The translations under genes and the position numbers were made by a program. The notes under the pieces were generated by a model that made no database searches, had not been told where the DNA came from, and saw only the letters and a program-made list of their open reading frames with translations. Of a stretch of 35,015 bases of DNA, positions 17,898 to 28,047 are shown piece after piece (within the stretch, counting starts at the first letter, position 1; each line of letters opens with the position of its first letter). The stretch comes from a virus, in the UHGV virus genome UHGV-0006788. One strand, given 5' to 3'.

Positions 17898-18150
17898 CGT
17901 TTTCGTCCTGACAGTGTTTAATCATTTTTACCTGGCTGGCACAGCGTGCCAGCGCGTTCTCAAGCTGTCGGATATCGGCACTTAAATCGCCGTTCGTCTC
18001 CGGGTCACTGCCCGGCATCGGGCAAAGGCTCACTTTCGGGCAGGCGTTGGCGACAATCACTGGCGTCAGTGCAGGCGGGGCGCTGGTGCAACCGGCGCAC
18101 AGCATCAGGCAGGTCAGCACCGTACCAGCGGCGAAAATCTTCGTTTTCAT
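17860..18150 (-). CDS. lysC: Outer-membrane spanin lipoprotein LysC (Rz1-like), nested in the lysB region
   Basis: 96-aa product MKTKIFAAGTVLTCLMLCAGC... with a signal peptide and lipobox (LCAGC); encoded in an alternative frame overlapping the 3' part of lysB and the start of R. Start placed at the internal Met of the 166-aa track ORF. Confidence 0.75.
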   Translation of the reverse strand: MKTKIFAAGTVLTCLMLCAGCTSAPPALTPVIVANACPKVSLCPMPGSDPETNGDLSADIRQLENALARCASQVKMIKHCQDENDAQTRQPAQGAD

Positions 18151-18430
18151 TAAGTAACCTCGTGATGGTTTTCTCGCGCTGTGCTTCACGCTTCGCGGCG
18201 TTCTCCAGTTCCTGACGCAGTGCCACCTGCGCCAGCTCGTTTTTGTCTGCCCTGGTGATGGCAACATGAAGCTGATTTTGCAGCATGGTGATGGTCGTCT
18301 GCTGCCCGCTGGCGACGTTGTTCGCCCTGTCCAGCGAGGCGCGCAGGCTGGCGTTTTCATGCTTCACCAGAAACAGCCCCGCCACCGCCAGCGATAACAG
18401 CACAACCATCACAATCATCAGCTTTGACAT
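18005..18430 (-). CDS. lysB: Inner-membrane spanin LysB (Rz-like)
   Basis: 141-aa ORF with an N-terminal transmembrane segment (MSKLMIVMVVLLSLAVAGLFLV) and a coiled-coil-like periplasmic part; the same length as P2 LysB. Confidence 0.8.
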   Translation of the reverse strand: MSKLMIVMVVLLSLAVAGLFLVKHENASLRASLDRANNVASGQQTTITMLQNQLHVAITRADKNELAQVALRQELENAAKREAQREKTITRLLNENEDFRRWYGADLPDAVRRLHQRPACTDASDCRQRLPESEPLPDAGQ

Positions 18431-18843
18431 GGTTCCCGCCCCTCAAAACGCTGACGGCAGGCCGTACGTATCAGCCGGAAGAACACCGACGCCACGAGAT
18501 AAATCAGCGCGGTAAAAATCCACCCGGCAGCGACCAGCGAGATAAACGTCGCCACCATCACCACCAGAGCCACCGCCCGTCTGCGCCACGGCACCGGCTG
18601 CAAAAACAGCGACGTGACAATCTTCACGGCCAGCGATTCCGGCGGCAGCTCCCGCCCGTAGCGTTCCAGCACATACTCAGTGGCATACACGCCGACACCA
18701 CCGGCAACCACACAGATAACCGTCGCCAGAATCGCCCAGGCGGCGACAAAATTGACGGCCACGCACTGCGGGTAAATCAGGGACAGTGCCAGCATCAGCG
18801 CCAGCGACACGTTCAGCATCAGTGAAAGGGATAATTTCTTCAT
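18418..18843 (-). CDS. lysA: Lysis regulatory membrane protein LysA
   Basis: 141-aa multi-pass hydrophobic protein, the same length and position as P2 LysA (between K and lysB). Confidence 0.8.
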   Translation of the reverse strand: MKKLSLSLMLNVSLALMLALSLIYPQCVAVNFVAAWAILATVICVVAGGVGVYATEYVLERYGRELPPESLAVKIVTSLFLQPVPWRRRAVALVVMVATFISLVAAGWIFTALIYLVASVFFRLIRTACRQRFEGREPCQS

Positions 18844-18857
18844 GGTGTTTACTCCGT

Positions 18858-19355
18858 TTAAGCCGGTACGCCGCCAGCGGTACGCCAGACGGTGACCAGT
18901 TTTTCCAGTGAATGCTCACGCTGACCGTAACCGGCACCCGGCAGGGACGCCCAGATATTGCGACAGCGTGAAATGGCGCGCTCAATGCGTCCCGCCCGGA
19001 TGTCATCCAGTGCACCGCGTTCGCGGATCAACTGAATGGCAAGTCTGTCCTGTGACAACGGACTGAAATCCGGCAGGGCAAGCTGTTTGCGGTAATGCGG
19101 CCAGAACAGGTAAAGCTGCTGATAGCGACCGGAGGCCGTGGATTTTTCACCGCGACGGTTAAACACCTTCGCCGGTCGGCCATGTGCGAACGGGTGGTCA
19201 CTGTAGTCGGTGAAAATTTCCGGCTTCCCGTCCAGTCCGGTGACTATCACGTCATAGCCCCGGTTTTTCGTCAGCGGATGGTTTGCCGTCCCTTCGGACA
19301 CGGCCAGCATGTCGAGAAAGGCGGCGATATTCTGATGCGTGTTAATAACCGGCAT
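18858..19355 (-). CDS. K: Endolysin (phage lysozyme, P2 gpK family)
   Basis: 165-aa ORF, the same length and position as P2 gpK, downstream of the holin gene. Confidence 0.85.
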   Translation of the reverse strand: MPVINTHQNIAAFLDMLAVSEGTANHPLTKNRGYDVIVTGLDGKPEIFTDYSDHPFAHGRPAKVFNRRGEKSTASGRYQQLYLFWPHYRKQLALPDFSPLSQDRLAIQLIRERGALDDIRAGRIERAISRCRNIWASLPGAGYGQREHSLEKLVTVWRTAGGVPA

Positions 19356-19636
19356 TACGGTTTCCCCCTGCCCTTAAAGCGGCGCTGAATGGCAATCTCA
19401 ATCACCTGATAACCGGCGATACCCAGCATGGAGCCGATGCCGCACACCGCAGGCAGTGACAGGTCAGGAAACTGCACCAGAACAACACCGGCAACCATCG
19501 AGACAAAACCACCGAGCAACATGCGCCCGATAAACAGACGCGGGGTGATGGGTTCACCACCGGCAAGCACCTTGCCGACAACAATCAGCACCCCAATCAT
19601 GAAAAGCGACAGGACGCTTTTTTCTTCTGCTGTCAT
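19355..19636 (-). CDS. Y: Holin (P2 gpY family)
   Basis: 93-aa protein with hydrophobic transmembrane segments and a charged C-terminus (RRFKGRGKP); the same length as P2 gpY. Confidence 0.85.
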   Translation of the reverse strand: MTAEEKSVLSLFMIGVLIVVGKVLAGGEPITPRLFIGRMLLGGFVSMVAGVVLVQFPDLSLPAVCGIGSMLGIAGYQVIEIAIQRRFKGRGKP

Positions 19637-19639
19637 GCG

Positions 19640-19843
19640 TTACTCCCACAGATTGACAGTTTCAGCCACGGGCGCGGTCTGAACGTCGGGCAGTTCGACG
19701 GCGGTGCCGTGCAGCAGCACCGCGCCCAGTTCAGCCAGTCCCGGATTTGCGGCGAGCACGGTCTCAACCACGCCCTCAGTGCGCCCGTAATACCGGACAC
19801 AGATGGCGTCGAGCGTGTCGCCCTGTAGCGCAAAGGTCTTCAT
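19640..19843 (-). CDS. X: Tail protein X (P2 gpX family)
   Basis: 67-aa product MKTFALQGDTLDAICVRYYGRTEGVVETVLAANPGLAELGAVL... The track ORF is N-terminally over-extended to 90 aa; start placed at the internal Met by family length. Confidence 0.8.
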   Translation of the reverse strand: MKTFALQGDTLDAICVRYYGRTEGVVETVLAANPGLAELGAVLLHGTAVELPDVQTAPVAETVNLWE

Positions 19844-20352
19844 CAGATTTGACTCACGATGCAGCGCGGCTTGTCCTGGATACGCGCCACCGCCCAGCGC
19901 ATATCCCGCCACAGCTCATCAATGGTGCTGTCAATGCTGTCGGCCTTCTTGTCGCCTTTCGCACTGGCATCCACGCCGCGATAACGCTCATAAAGCGATG
20001 CGGTCGCCATCGCACACACGGCGCGCTCGTAGTAAAAAACTTTGATGCTTTCACCGTCGATGTCGTCCGCCGGGACGTCCGCCAGACGCGTAAAACCGGC
20101 AGCAATTTTCTGTTCGCGGTACTCGTACAGCTCCGCATTCGTCTCCGCCATGCCTGACTTGATGGCCTCACGCAGACGGGCGGGGGCGACGGTCTGCTCA
20201 AGGCGCATACGTTCCCGGACGCGCTTCGGGTCGATATCGGGAAAAAAGAACGTGTTTTTAATCACCGGCTCGTCGCCTGCCGGTTGCGGGATGACCACCG
20301 TACCCTCACCGGACACGGGAGCCTCCTTTCGCGGAATAATCAGCGTCATCAT
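19843..20352 (-). CDS. L: Head completion/stabilisation protein (P2 gpL family)
   Basis: 169-aa product starting MMTLIIPRKEAPVSGEGTVVIPQ; the track ORF (189 aa) is over-extended upstream. Confidence 0.8.
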   Translation of the reverse strand: MMTLIIPRKEAPVSGEGTVVIPQPAGDEPVIKNTFFFPDIDPKRVRERMRLEQTVAPARLREAIKSGMAETNAELYEYREQKIAAGFTRLADVPADDIDGESIKVFYYERAVCAMATASLYERYRGVDASAKGDKKADSIDSTIDELWRDMRWAVARIQDKPRCIVSQI

Positions 20353-20451
20353 GACTACCTCTGAAAAGTCGGGCGGTGGACGCCGGTGCAGTGTCAGGTG
20401 ATTCACCCTCACTGACCGGCGTGCCGCCCTGGCGCGGGGCGCATTCGGTTG

Positions 20452-21195
20452 TTAACTGGCTTTCTTTTTCGGGCGTCCACGTTTTGCCGGTGTCACGCTC
20501 CGGGTCTTACGCAGGGCGCGGGTGACCGCTTTTGGCTGCGGCTCCGGCTTCGGTTTCAGCTCCCGCTCCAGTCGTTCAATCTCTTTTTTGACGCCTGCCT
20601 GACAGTCGAGCTGTGTCGCACGTTGCAGGTGCGCCAGCGCCCCTGCGGCATCACCAGCGTCACGCAGAAACAGACCGGTGATTTTGTGCAGCTTTGCGCG
20701 CACTTCATCAGGCATGTCAGCCGTGGCGGTCAGTTCAAGGGTGTCCGTCAGCAGGCGGGGATCCACAGACTCACCGGCAGCGTGAGCGCGCATGGCCGCG
20801 AGTGCGACCTCCTCGGTGAACATGTACGGCGGGGTGCGGCGGTGTTTACCCGGCATGGTCAGACCGTACTTCAGGGCATAACGGGCAATCTCCAGCGCAC
20901 CGGCAATATCGCCGGTATCCAGACGCCACAGCATGACCGTCATCAGAATGTCATCCTGTGCACCTTTGCCCTGCTCCAGCACGCCGTTCACCCACGGCAA
21001 CCAGAACGGCAGCAGTTCGCGTTTTTTCGCGGCCTTCAGCTCTTTTGAATAAATCGCTTTCAGTGTGCGCTGGTCTGCGGCCAGCTTGACCAGCATCTGC
21101 TCATAGACAGTTGCATGTCGCAGCGGGGCGGCTTCCCGCTGCGCGGTCATCGCTGCCGAGACCCGCATCATGTGGCGCTGTGCGGGACTCGTCAT
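20452..21195 (-). CDS. M: Terminase endonuclease (small) subunit (P2 gpM family)
   Basis: 247-aa ORF, the same length and position as P2 gpM; basic C-terminal tail. Confidence 0.85.
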   Translation of the reverse strand: MTSPAQRHMMRVSAAMTAQREAAPLRHATVYEQMLVKLAADQRTLKAIYSKELKAAKKRELLPFWLPWVNGVLEQGKGAQDDILMTVMLWRLDTGDIAGALEIARYALKYGLTMPGKHRRTPPYMFTEEVALAAMRAHAAGESVDPRLLTDTLELTATADMPDEVRAKLHKITGLFLRDAGDAAGALAHLQRATQLDCQAGVKKEIERLERELKPKPEPQPKAVTRALRKTRSVTPAKRGRPKKKAS

Positions 21196-21198
21196 CGG

Positions 21199-22272
21199 TT
21201 ACGCTCCCGGCTCTGCGGTCGCTTTAGCCGGTGTGGAGAAATCACCGACCTTAATTTTTTCCACCAGACAACCGGCGGCGTAGTCCTCCACCACGTAATC
21301 AATATTCATTGACTCGTAGTTCTCCACGCGGTCGAGTTTCGGGTTTTCCTCAATCACGCGGCGATGGCTGTCATCCATGTAGTAGATGGACAGGTTTTCC
21401 AGCTTTGTGATGAGCATCGCATCCGCCGGGAAGTACGGGACGCGTACCGCCGGCAGGTTACCGATGCGTTTCTGGCTGATGATGACGTCAGCGGCCAGCA
21501 TTTCGCTGTTGTCCTGCTCCTTGTTGACGATGGGAAAATACTTGTCCGCCAGTAGCTGACGCCCCACAATCACCACAAGGTCAGGGTCTTCCTGATACCA
21601 CGGCTCAATCATGTTGTTGGTCGCATCCATCACCAGTGCGTCAAGGCTGGCATAATCACCGCCCTTACCCACGCGGATAACCTCAGAGGTGGTGTGCCCT
21701 TCCTCGTCAGTGACCTTGCTCATCACGCGCGCCGGTGCTTCATTGCGGTATTTCTGCAGCCAGCCGACCGCCACATCCTGTAGCATCGGATTACTGCTGC
21801 GGTCAGAGGTTTCGGCACGCCTCACGCCGTTAAAACCGGCCATGATTAAATCAAGGGACTGGCGTTTGATAATGGCGTTACGGACACGGAGCTGGAAATC
21901 CTGATAACGCGCCCACAGGTCCAGCGTTTTGTAGCGGATATAAAAATCGAAGTTAATCTGGTCGCATTCGTACTTGTTAGACGCCAGCTTCGAGAAGTCC
22001 TTCGGCTGACGCTCGGTGCCACCGGCGGTGTCGGTGGTGCTGGCGATGGAGCCGGTGACACCGATACCAATTTTTTCCCCTTTCATTTCGCTGACCGGCA
22101 CAATGTTGATGCGGGTCAGAAAATCAGAGGACTCCTGCATGGTGTTCATCAGGGTCTGGGTGACCGACGGTTCAACGGTGAATTTTTTCGACACATCACC
22201 GGCGTCGATGCCGTTCAGTTCGGCAACACGGGACAGGTAGGCATTAAATTTAAAGCGGGTTTCCTGGCGCAT
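21199..22272 (-). CDS. N: Major capsid protein (P2 gpN family)
   Basis: 357-aa ORF, the same length and position as P2 gpN. Confidence 0.9.
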   Translation of the reverse strand: MRQETRFKFNAYLSRVAELNGIDAGDVSKKFTVEPSVTQTLMNTMQESSDFLTRINIVPVSEMKGEKIGIGVTGSIASTTDTAGGTERQPKDFSKLASNKYECDQINFDFYIRYKTLDLWARYQDFQLRVRNAIIKRQSLDLIMAGFNGVRRAETSDRSSNPMLQDVAVGWLQKYRNEAPARVMSKVTDEEGHTTSEVIRVGKGGDYASLDALVMDATNNMIEPWYQEDPDLVVIVGRQLLADKYFPIVNKEQDNSEMLAADVIISQKRIGNLPAVRVPYFPADAMLITKLENLSIYYMDDSHRRVIEENPKLDRVENYESMNIDYVVEDYAAGCLVEKIKVGDFSTPAKATAEPGA

Positions 22273-22330
22273 AGTTTTTCCTGAAATTAAGGGTTAATCG
22301 TGAAGGTTTTCCCGGACTGACTGACGCCGG

Positions 22331-23185
22331 TCAGCAGTTCGTCATCAGGGCGTCACCGCCACCGCCGGTGGCCTTGCTGCGGCGCTGCTGGGTCAGACTT
22401 TCGGTGTGGTCGAGATTGTTTTTCAGACGGGTGAATGCCTGACTGGTTTCATCCGCCCTGTCAGTCACCTCCTGCTTAAGTGCGGAAAAGGCGGTTTCCA
22501 TCTCTGCGAGGCGCTGCTCAGTGGCGCTCAGTTTTTCCTGCACATGTTCAGCAACAGCGGTCACCGCTTCATGCACATCATTCAGACGGGCGTCATCACT
22601 GGCCTGTTTGCGACCAAAAATGGATTTCACCTTTTCGGTCAGGGCGGTGAACACGGTTTCAGGCAGGTCTTCAAATTCCAGCTCAACGGGCGTTGCCACT
22701 GAAATCAGGTTTTCAGGGCTTAATTTGAAGCGGTTCAGGGGGTTGTGTTTTGCCTTGCGGCAGAATTCCAGGTATTCCGTGCCGAGGCTCGCCGGGTCGT
22801 CGGTGACGGCCAGACCCACCAGATAACATTTGCCGGTATTGGCAAAGTTCGGCTGAATTTCCATTGAGGTGTAGACCTTCTGCGCGGCCTTGTTCATCGC
22901 GATAAGGTCATCGGTCGGGGTGATTTTCGCAAACAGCGCCCATTTGCCTTTCAGCGCCGAATCGTCGTCAATCTTTTCGGCCTTCAGTTCGACCACATCG
23001 CCATAACGTTTAAAAATACCGTCAGGCAGGATGCCGCGCAGATGTTCCAGGTTAATGCGGCAACCATAGACACGCGGGTCAAAGGTTTCGGCCATTTCCT
23101 GAATATCCTGCGCACTGATGACACGCCCGTCACAGGTGTCACCCTCAACGCCGATACGAAAGAATTTTGAGACTTTTTTTGCCAT
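22331..23185 (-). CDS. O: Capsid scaffolding protein (P2 gpO family)
   Basis: 284-aa product starting MAKKVSKFFRIGVEGDTCDGR; the track ORF (306 aa) is over-extended upstream. Confidence 0.85.
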   Translation of the reverse strand: MAKKVSKFFRIGVEGDTCDGRVISAQDIQEMAETFDPRVYGCRINLEHLRGILPDGIFKRYGDVVELKAEKIDDDSALKGKWALFAKITPTDDLIAMNKAAQKVYTSMEIQPNFANTGKCYLVGLAVTDDPASLGTEYLEFCRKAKHNPLNRFKLSPENLISVATPVELEFEDLPETVFTALTEKVKSIFGRKQASDDARLNDVHEAVTAVAEHVQEKLSATEQRLAEMETAFSALKQEVTDRADETSQAFTRLKNNLDHTESLTQQRRSKATGGGGDALMTNC

Positions 23186-23358
23186 TGTCAGGAGTCCTGA
23201 ATAGTGAGTAGAGGAGTCACATGTCGGCATCAGTTTCCCGACGATGCGCATCCTCCGCCATCAGTCCCGGATGGCTTATCACTGACACAACAGCACCTTA
23301 GCGAATCGCGGGGCGCGACTCAGTAGCCTTGCCGTGTATTCATCACGGCGAGGTATTC
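23186..23358. promoter_or_regulatory. Divergent late-promoter region between O (minus) and P (plus); Ogr-dependent promoters expected here
   Basis: Positional inference from P2 organisation: the ONML... operon and the PQ operon diverge from this intergenic region. I could not confidently place the TGT-N12-ACA activator sites by eye. Confidence 0.4.
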
Positions 23359-25131
23359 ATGACCATCACCACAGACACCACTCTTTTACACGACCCGCGT
23401 CGTCAGGCGGCGCTGCTGTACTGGCAGGGGTTTTCCGTGCCGCAGATTGCCGCCATGTTGCAGATGAAACGCCCGACGGTGCAGAGCTGGAAACAGCGCG
23501 ACGGCTGGGACAGCGTTGCTCCCATCAGCCGTGTCGAAATGAGTCTGGAAGCGCGGCTGACCCAGCTCATCATAAAACCGCAGAAAACAGGCGGTGACTT
23601 CAAGGAAATTGACCTGCTCGGACGCCAGATTGAACGACTGGCACGGGTAAACCGCTACAACCAGACCGGCAACGAGGCAGACCTTAATCCGAACATCGCT
23701 AACCGCAACAAAGGCGGGCGGCGCAAACCGAAAAAGAATTTTTTCAGCGACGAGGCTATCGAAAAGCTGGAGCAGATTTTCTTTGAGCAGTCTTTCGAAT
23801 ATCAGTTGCACTGGTATCGCGCCGGGCTTGAGCACCGCATCCGCGATATCCTGAAATCCCGCCAGATTGGCGCGACGTTTTATTTTTCCCGCGAGGCGCT
23901 GCTGCGCGCCCTGAAAACCGGTCATAACCAGATTTTTCTGTCGGCCAGTAAAACGCAGGCGTATGTGTTCCGCGAATACATCATCGCCTTTGCCCGGCTG
24001 GTTGACGTTGACCTGACCGGTGACCCGATTGTCCTGGGCAATAACGGCGCAAAACTGATTTTTCTCGGCACCAACTCCAACACCGCACAGAGCCATAACG
24101 GCGACCTGTACGTCGACGAGATTTTCTGGATCCCGAATTTTCAGGTACTGCGTAAGGTGGCATCAGGTATGGCCTCACAGAGTCACCTGCGCTCGACCTA
24201 TTTCTCCACCCCGTCCACGCTGGCGCACGACGCCTACCCGTTCTGGTCGGGTGAACTGTTCAACCGGGGACGCGCCAGCGCCGCCGAACGCGTGGAAATC
24301 GACGTCAGTCATAACGCCCTTGCCGGTGGGCTTCTCTGTGCGGACGGCCAGTGGCGACAGATTGTCACCATTGAGGACGCCCTGAAAGGCGGCTGCACGC
24401 TGTTCGACATTGAGCAGCTCAAACGCGAAAACAGCGCCGACGATTTTAAAAACCTGTTCATGTGTGAATTTGTTGACGACAAGGCATCGGTGTTCCCGTT
24501 CGAGGAGCTGCAACGCTGCATGGTCGACACGCTGGAAGAATGGGAAGACTATGCGCCGTTTGCCGCCAATCCGTTCGGCTCCCGCCCGGTATGGATTGGT
24601 TACGACCCGTCACACCGTGGCGACAGCGCCGGATGCGTGGTACTGGCACCGCCGGTGGTGGCCGGTGGCAAATTCAGAATACTTGAGCGTCACCAGTGGA
24701 AAGGCATGGACTTTGCCACCCAGGCGGAATCCATCCGCAAACTCACCGAAAAATACAACGTCGAATACATCGGGATTGATGCCACCGGCCTCGGTGTCGG
24801 CGTGTTCCAGCTCGTGCGCTCGTTCTATCCCGCCGCGCGCGATATCCGCTACACGCCGGAAATGAAAACTGCAATGGTGCTCAAGGCAAAAGACGTTATC
24901 CGCCGTGGCTGTCTGGAATATGACGTCAGCGCCACCGACATCACCAGCTCGTTTATGGCTATCCGCAAGACCATGACCAGCAGCGGACGCAGCGCCACCT
25001 ATGAGGCCAGCCGCAGCGAGGAAGCCAGCCACGCCGACCTCGCCTGGGCGACCATGCACGCCCTGTTAAATGAGCCACTCACCGCCGGTATCAGCACCCC
25101 GCTGACATCCACCATTCTGGAGTTTTACTGA
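23359..25131 (+). CDS. P: Terminase large (ATPase) subunit (P2 gpP family)
   Basis: 590-aa product starting MTITTDTTLLHDPRRQAALLYWQGFSV; the track ORF begins 10 codons upstream. The stop overlaps the Q start (TGATG). Confidence 0.9.
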   Translation: MTITTDTTLLHDPRRQAALLYWQGFSVPQIAAMLQMKRPTVQSWKQRDGWDSVAPISRVEMSLEARLTQLIIKPQKTGGDFKEIDLLGRQIERLARVNRYNQTGNEADLNPNIANRNKGGRRKPKKNFFSDEAIEKLEQIFFEQSFEYQLHWYRAGLEHRIRDILKSRQIGATFYFSREALLRALKTGHNQIFLSASKTQAYVFREYIIAFARLVDVDLTGDPIVLGNNGAKLIFLGTNSNTAQSHNGDLYVDEIFWIPNFQVLRKVASGMASQSHLRSTYFSTPSTLAHDAYPFWSGELFNRGRASAAERVEIDVSHNALAGGLLCADGQWRQIVTIEDALKGGCTLFDIEQLKRENSADDFKNLFMCEFVDDKASVFPFEELQRCMVDTLEEWEDYAPFAANPFGSRPVWIGYDPSHRGDSAGCVVLAPPVVAGGKFRILERHQWKGMDFATQAESIRKLTEKYNVEYIGIDATGLGVGVFQLVRSFYPAARDIRYTPEMKTAMVLKAKDVIRRGCLEYDVSATDITSSFMAIRKTMTSSGRSATYEASRSEEASHADLAWATMHALLNEPLTAGISTPLTSTILEFY

Positions 25132-26159
25132 TGAGCAAGAAAAAAGGGAAAACACCGCAACCTGCGGCAAAAACAATGACCGCCAGCGCCCCGAAAATGG
25201 AGGCATTCACCTTTGGTGAGCCGGTGCCGGTACTCGACCGCCGTGACATTCTGGATTACGTCGAGTGCATCAGTAACGGCAGATGGTATGAGCCGCCGGT
25301 CAGCTTTACCGGTCTGGCAAAAAGCCTGCGTGCTGCCGTACATCACAGCTCACCGATTTACGTCAAACGTAATATTCTGGCTTCAACGTTTATTCCGCAC
25401 CCGTGGCTTTCCCAGCAGGATTTCAGCCGCTTTGTGCTGGATTTTCTGGTGTTCGGTAATGCGTTTCTGGAAAAGCGCTACAGCACCACCGGTAAGGTCA
25501 TCAGACTGGAAACCTCACCGGCAAAATATACCCGCCGTGGCGTGGAGGAGGATGTTTACTGGTGGGTGCCGTCCTTCAACGAGCCGACACCTTTCGCGCC
25601 CGGCTCCGTGTTTCACCTGCTGGAGCCGGATATTAATCAGGAGCTGTACGGTCTGCCGGAATATCTCAGCGCCCTTAACTCTGCCTGGCTGAATGAGTCG
25701 GCCACGCTGTTCCGCCGCAAGTATTACGAAAACGGCGCACATGCCGGATACATCATGTACGTCACCGATGCCGTGCAGGATCGCAACGATATCGAAATGC
25801 TTCGCGAAAACATGGTGAAGTCGAAAGGCCGCAACAACTTTAAAAATCTGTTTCTCTATGCCCCGCAGGGGAAAGCCGACGGCATTAAAATTATCCCGCT
25901 CAGTGAAGTGGCAACGAAGGACGATTTTTTTAATATCAAAAAAGCCAGCGCCGCTGACCTGCTGGACGCGCACCGCATCCCCTTTCAGTTGATGGGCGGC
26001 AAGCAGGAGAACGTCGGGTCGCTGGGTGATATTGAGAAAGTGGCAAAGGTCTTTGTCCGCAATGAGCTTATCCCGCTACAGGACAGGATCCGCGAGATAA
26101 ACGGCTGGCTCGGTCAGGAGGTCATCCGCTTTAAAGATTACAGTCTAGAATCTAATTAA
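25131..26159 (+). CDS. Q: Portal protein (P2 gpQ family)
   Basis: 342-aa ORF (P2 gpQ is about 344 aa), translationally coupled to P and reading toward cos. Confidence 0.85.
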   Translation: MSKKKGKTPQPAAKTMTASAPKMEAFTFGEPVPVLDRRDILDYVECISNGRWYEPPVSFTGLAKSLRAAVHHSSPIYVKRNILASTFIPHPWLSQQDFSRFVLDFLVFGNAFLEKRYSTTGKVIRLETSPAKYTRRGVEEDVYWWVPSFNEPTPFAPGSVFHLLEPDINQELYGLPEYLSALNSAWLNESATLFRRKYYENGAHAGYIMYVTDAVQDRNDIEMLRENMVKSKGRNNFKNLFLYAPQGKADGIKIIPLSEVATKDDFFNIKKASAADLLDAHRIPFQLMGGKQENVGSLGDIEKVAKVFVRNELIPLQDRIREINGWLGQEVIRFKDYSLESN

Positions 26160-26254
26160 GTACCCTTAGCGCCGTCTCCAGACGGCGTGATTCTATGCAA
26201 TCCAGGCAAGATTAACCCCCAACACCTTCAATTACTATATGGTTTAATAGAAAT

Positions 26255-26944
26255 TCAATCTTTAACTTCAATATATGAAGAAGAAAACCATATAGATTTT
26301 TTCCCATTTATGTATTTAGAAACAGGCGAGCCATCTTCGTTCATTGCCTCAGCACTAAATGTTACATAATACATTCCTTTTTCTTTTGTCGAAACAAGAT
26401 AGTTCAAGCGTCTTTCGGCAGAGATAGGAACGGATATATCATATAAAGGTATATTTTTAGCTTTTCCTTGCGAGCTACTTTCTTCATTAAGAACAGCCAA
26501 CTCCTCATAATAATTTGGATAAAAAACTTCCGTAGCGACTTGCTTTGCACCGGCCGATAAAACACGACTAACAGCAAGGGACTTGTTATTAAGCTTCACA
26601 TAAATTCGCTCATTACTGTTATTCCTAATAGTCACAATAGGCTTTATATAAAACACATCATCGATTTTAACAACATTAACGTCAACATTAAAAAATGTCG
26701 ATTCTGTATTTCTAATTCTATTTCTTAACTCTATAAGATCAGCTTCTGCCTTATCCCTTTGGTGCAAAACATCAAAAGTATATCCTCCCCACACAAGTGT
26801 CAAAACAGCGCACAATGACATCACGACGTTATTAAACTGATCGTGTGTTCTGTAAATATCTTTGAATTTTAAAATTAATAATAGACATGCTATGAATAGC
26901 ATGCCTATTATCAGCCAGTGTTCTTTTACAAATTCAAAGTTCAT
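26255..26944 (-). CDS. Cargo protein, predicted small membrane protein (candidate effector), function unknown
   Basis: 229-aa ORF in a visibly AT-rich island; hydrophobic N-terminal segments (WLIIGMLFIACLLLIL and VVMSLCAVLTLVWGGYTF) followed by a soluble domain; its start codon lies 2 nt after the stop of the upstream 366-aa gene. Confidence 0.65.
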   Translation of the reverse strand: MNFEFVKEHWLIIGMLFIACLLLILKFKDIYRTHDQFNNVVMSLCAVLTLVWGGYTFDVLHQRDKAEADLIELRNRIRNTESTFFNVDVNVVKIDDVFYIKPIVTIRNNSNERIYVKLNNKSLAVSRVLSAGAKQVATEVFYPNYYEELAVLNEESSSQGKAKNIPLYDISVPISAERRLNYLVSTKEKGMYYVTFSAEAMNEDGSPVSKYINGKKSIWFSSSYIEVKD

Positions 26945-26946
26945 AG

Positions 26947-28047
26947 TTAGTCACTCGCATGCCTCGCATCACCATCTTCAGGGAAATTGATCCCCTGTCC
27001 GATCTCACGGTTCGTTGGACGAGCAGAAACAAAGCCTCTATTTTGTCTTTTTAAACGCAACTCTAGAACTTGAGAAACTCTATCAAAGTTTAATCCATCC
27101 ATTGCAACCTCTTTTTTCCCTTCAATATGAGATCGAAGTTCCTCACTTATACGATTATCAACCGTTGAAGCGAAGGCTACATCATGATTAAAAATGGCCC
27201 CCATAATTAACATAAACGCAATTCCGGCCTTTCTATTATTTGTTTTAAATTGTAGCCAAACATCCCCCGGAGACATCAACATTTGTTGAGCAGTCAAGGA
27301 TAACTCTCCATTATTAGAAAGTCTTTCCATCTCAAACTGAACAACTTCGTTTGTATACTCGCCATCAAACTCTTCGCCAATTAATAGCGCAAGTACCTGC
27401 ACTCTATCGACCAGCTCAGCCAGCTGCTTAAGAGTATGATGCCGAATGGCTTCTGCTTGCTCGACTCTTAAGCTAGTACAGAAAATATTATCCGTTATAA
27501 AGAATGACATTAACCAATGCAGTACTTCTTCTGACTTCCCGCCCAAAGAGAATACGGTCTGGTATGCAGTAAACGATTTCTGAAGAGCTAATGGAATCTC
27601 TCGTCTGCGAACTGGCTCTCCCCATGTGACTCTACGTCTTACATGAAACCCTTCATTATTACCTAAACATTCACGCTCAAAATACGCGGAAGATGCAATA
27701 ACTCCAGGAACAACCATATCACCTGACAAAGTGAAAACAACATCACCGACCTGCATATCTATGAGGAAATTTTCAATTTGGGTATGAATATTTCTTGAAC
27801 CAATAGTATCTAACCCATCAACCTTTTGATTAATATTTTCATGGTTAATTTCATCATTAAAGTCAATTTGATCTGGACTTAACCTATCCAAGTGAGCAGT
27901 AGCAACCATATTGCATTCAAGGAAGTCTGCAAAATATCTATACTTAATCCCAGGTCTAACGACCCAACACTTTACATTTAAATCAACATGTTGTACTGAA
28001 ATAGCTCTTTGTGATGAAGTTCCAAGCATAGCTGATCCATAATTCAA
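26947..28047 (-). CDS. Cargo protein, function unknown (first gene of a two-gene operon between Q and cos)
   Basis: 366-aa ORF in the AT-rich island with no motif I recognise; weak or no Shine-Dalgarno before the first ATG, and an alternative start at Met7 is possible. Confidence 0.65.
   Translation of the reverse strand: MNYGSAMLGTSSQRAISVQHVDLNVKCWVVRPGIKYRYFADFLECNMVATAHLDRLSPDQIDFNDEINHENINQKVDGLDTIGSRNIHTQIENFLIDMQVGDVVFTLSGDMVVPGVIASSAYFERECLGNNEGFHVRRRVTWGEPVRRREIPLALQKSFTAYQTVFSLGGKSEEVLHWLMSFFITDNIFCTSLRVEQAEAIRHHTLKQLAELVDRVQVLALLIGEEFDGEYTNEVVQFEMERLSNNGELSLTAQQMLMSPGDVWLQFKTNNRKAGIAFMLIMGAIFNHDVAFASTVDNRISEELRSHIEGKKEVAMDGLNFDRVSQVLELRLKRQNRGFVSARPTNREIGQGINFPEDGDARHASD

Noticed and set aside
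23386-24096. 236-aa ORF on the minus strand
   Set aside because: Antisense within the terminase large-subunit gene P.
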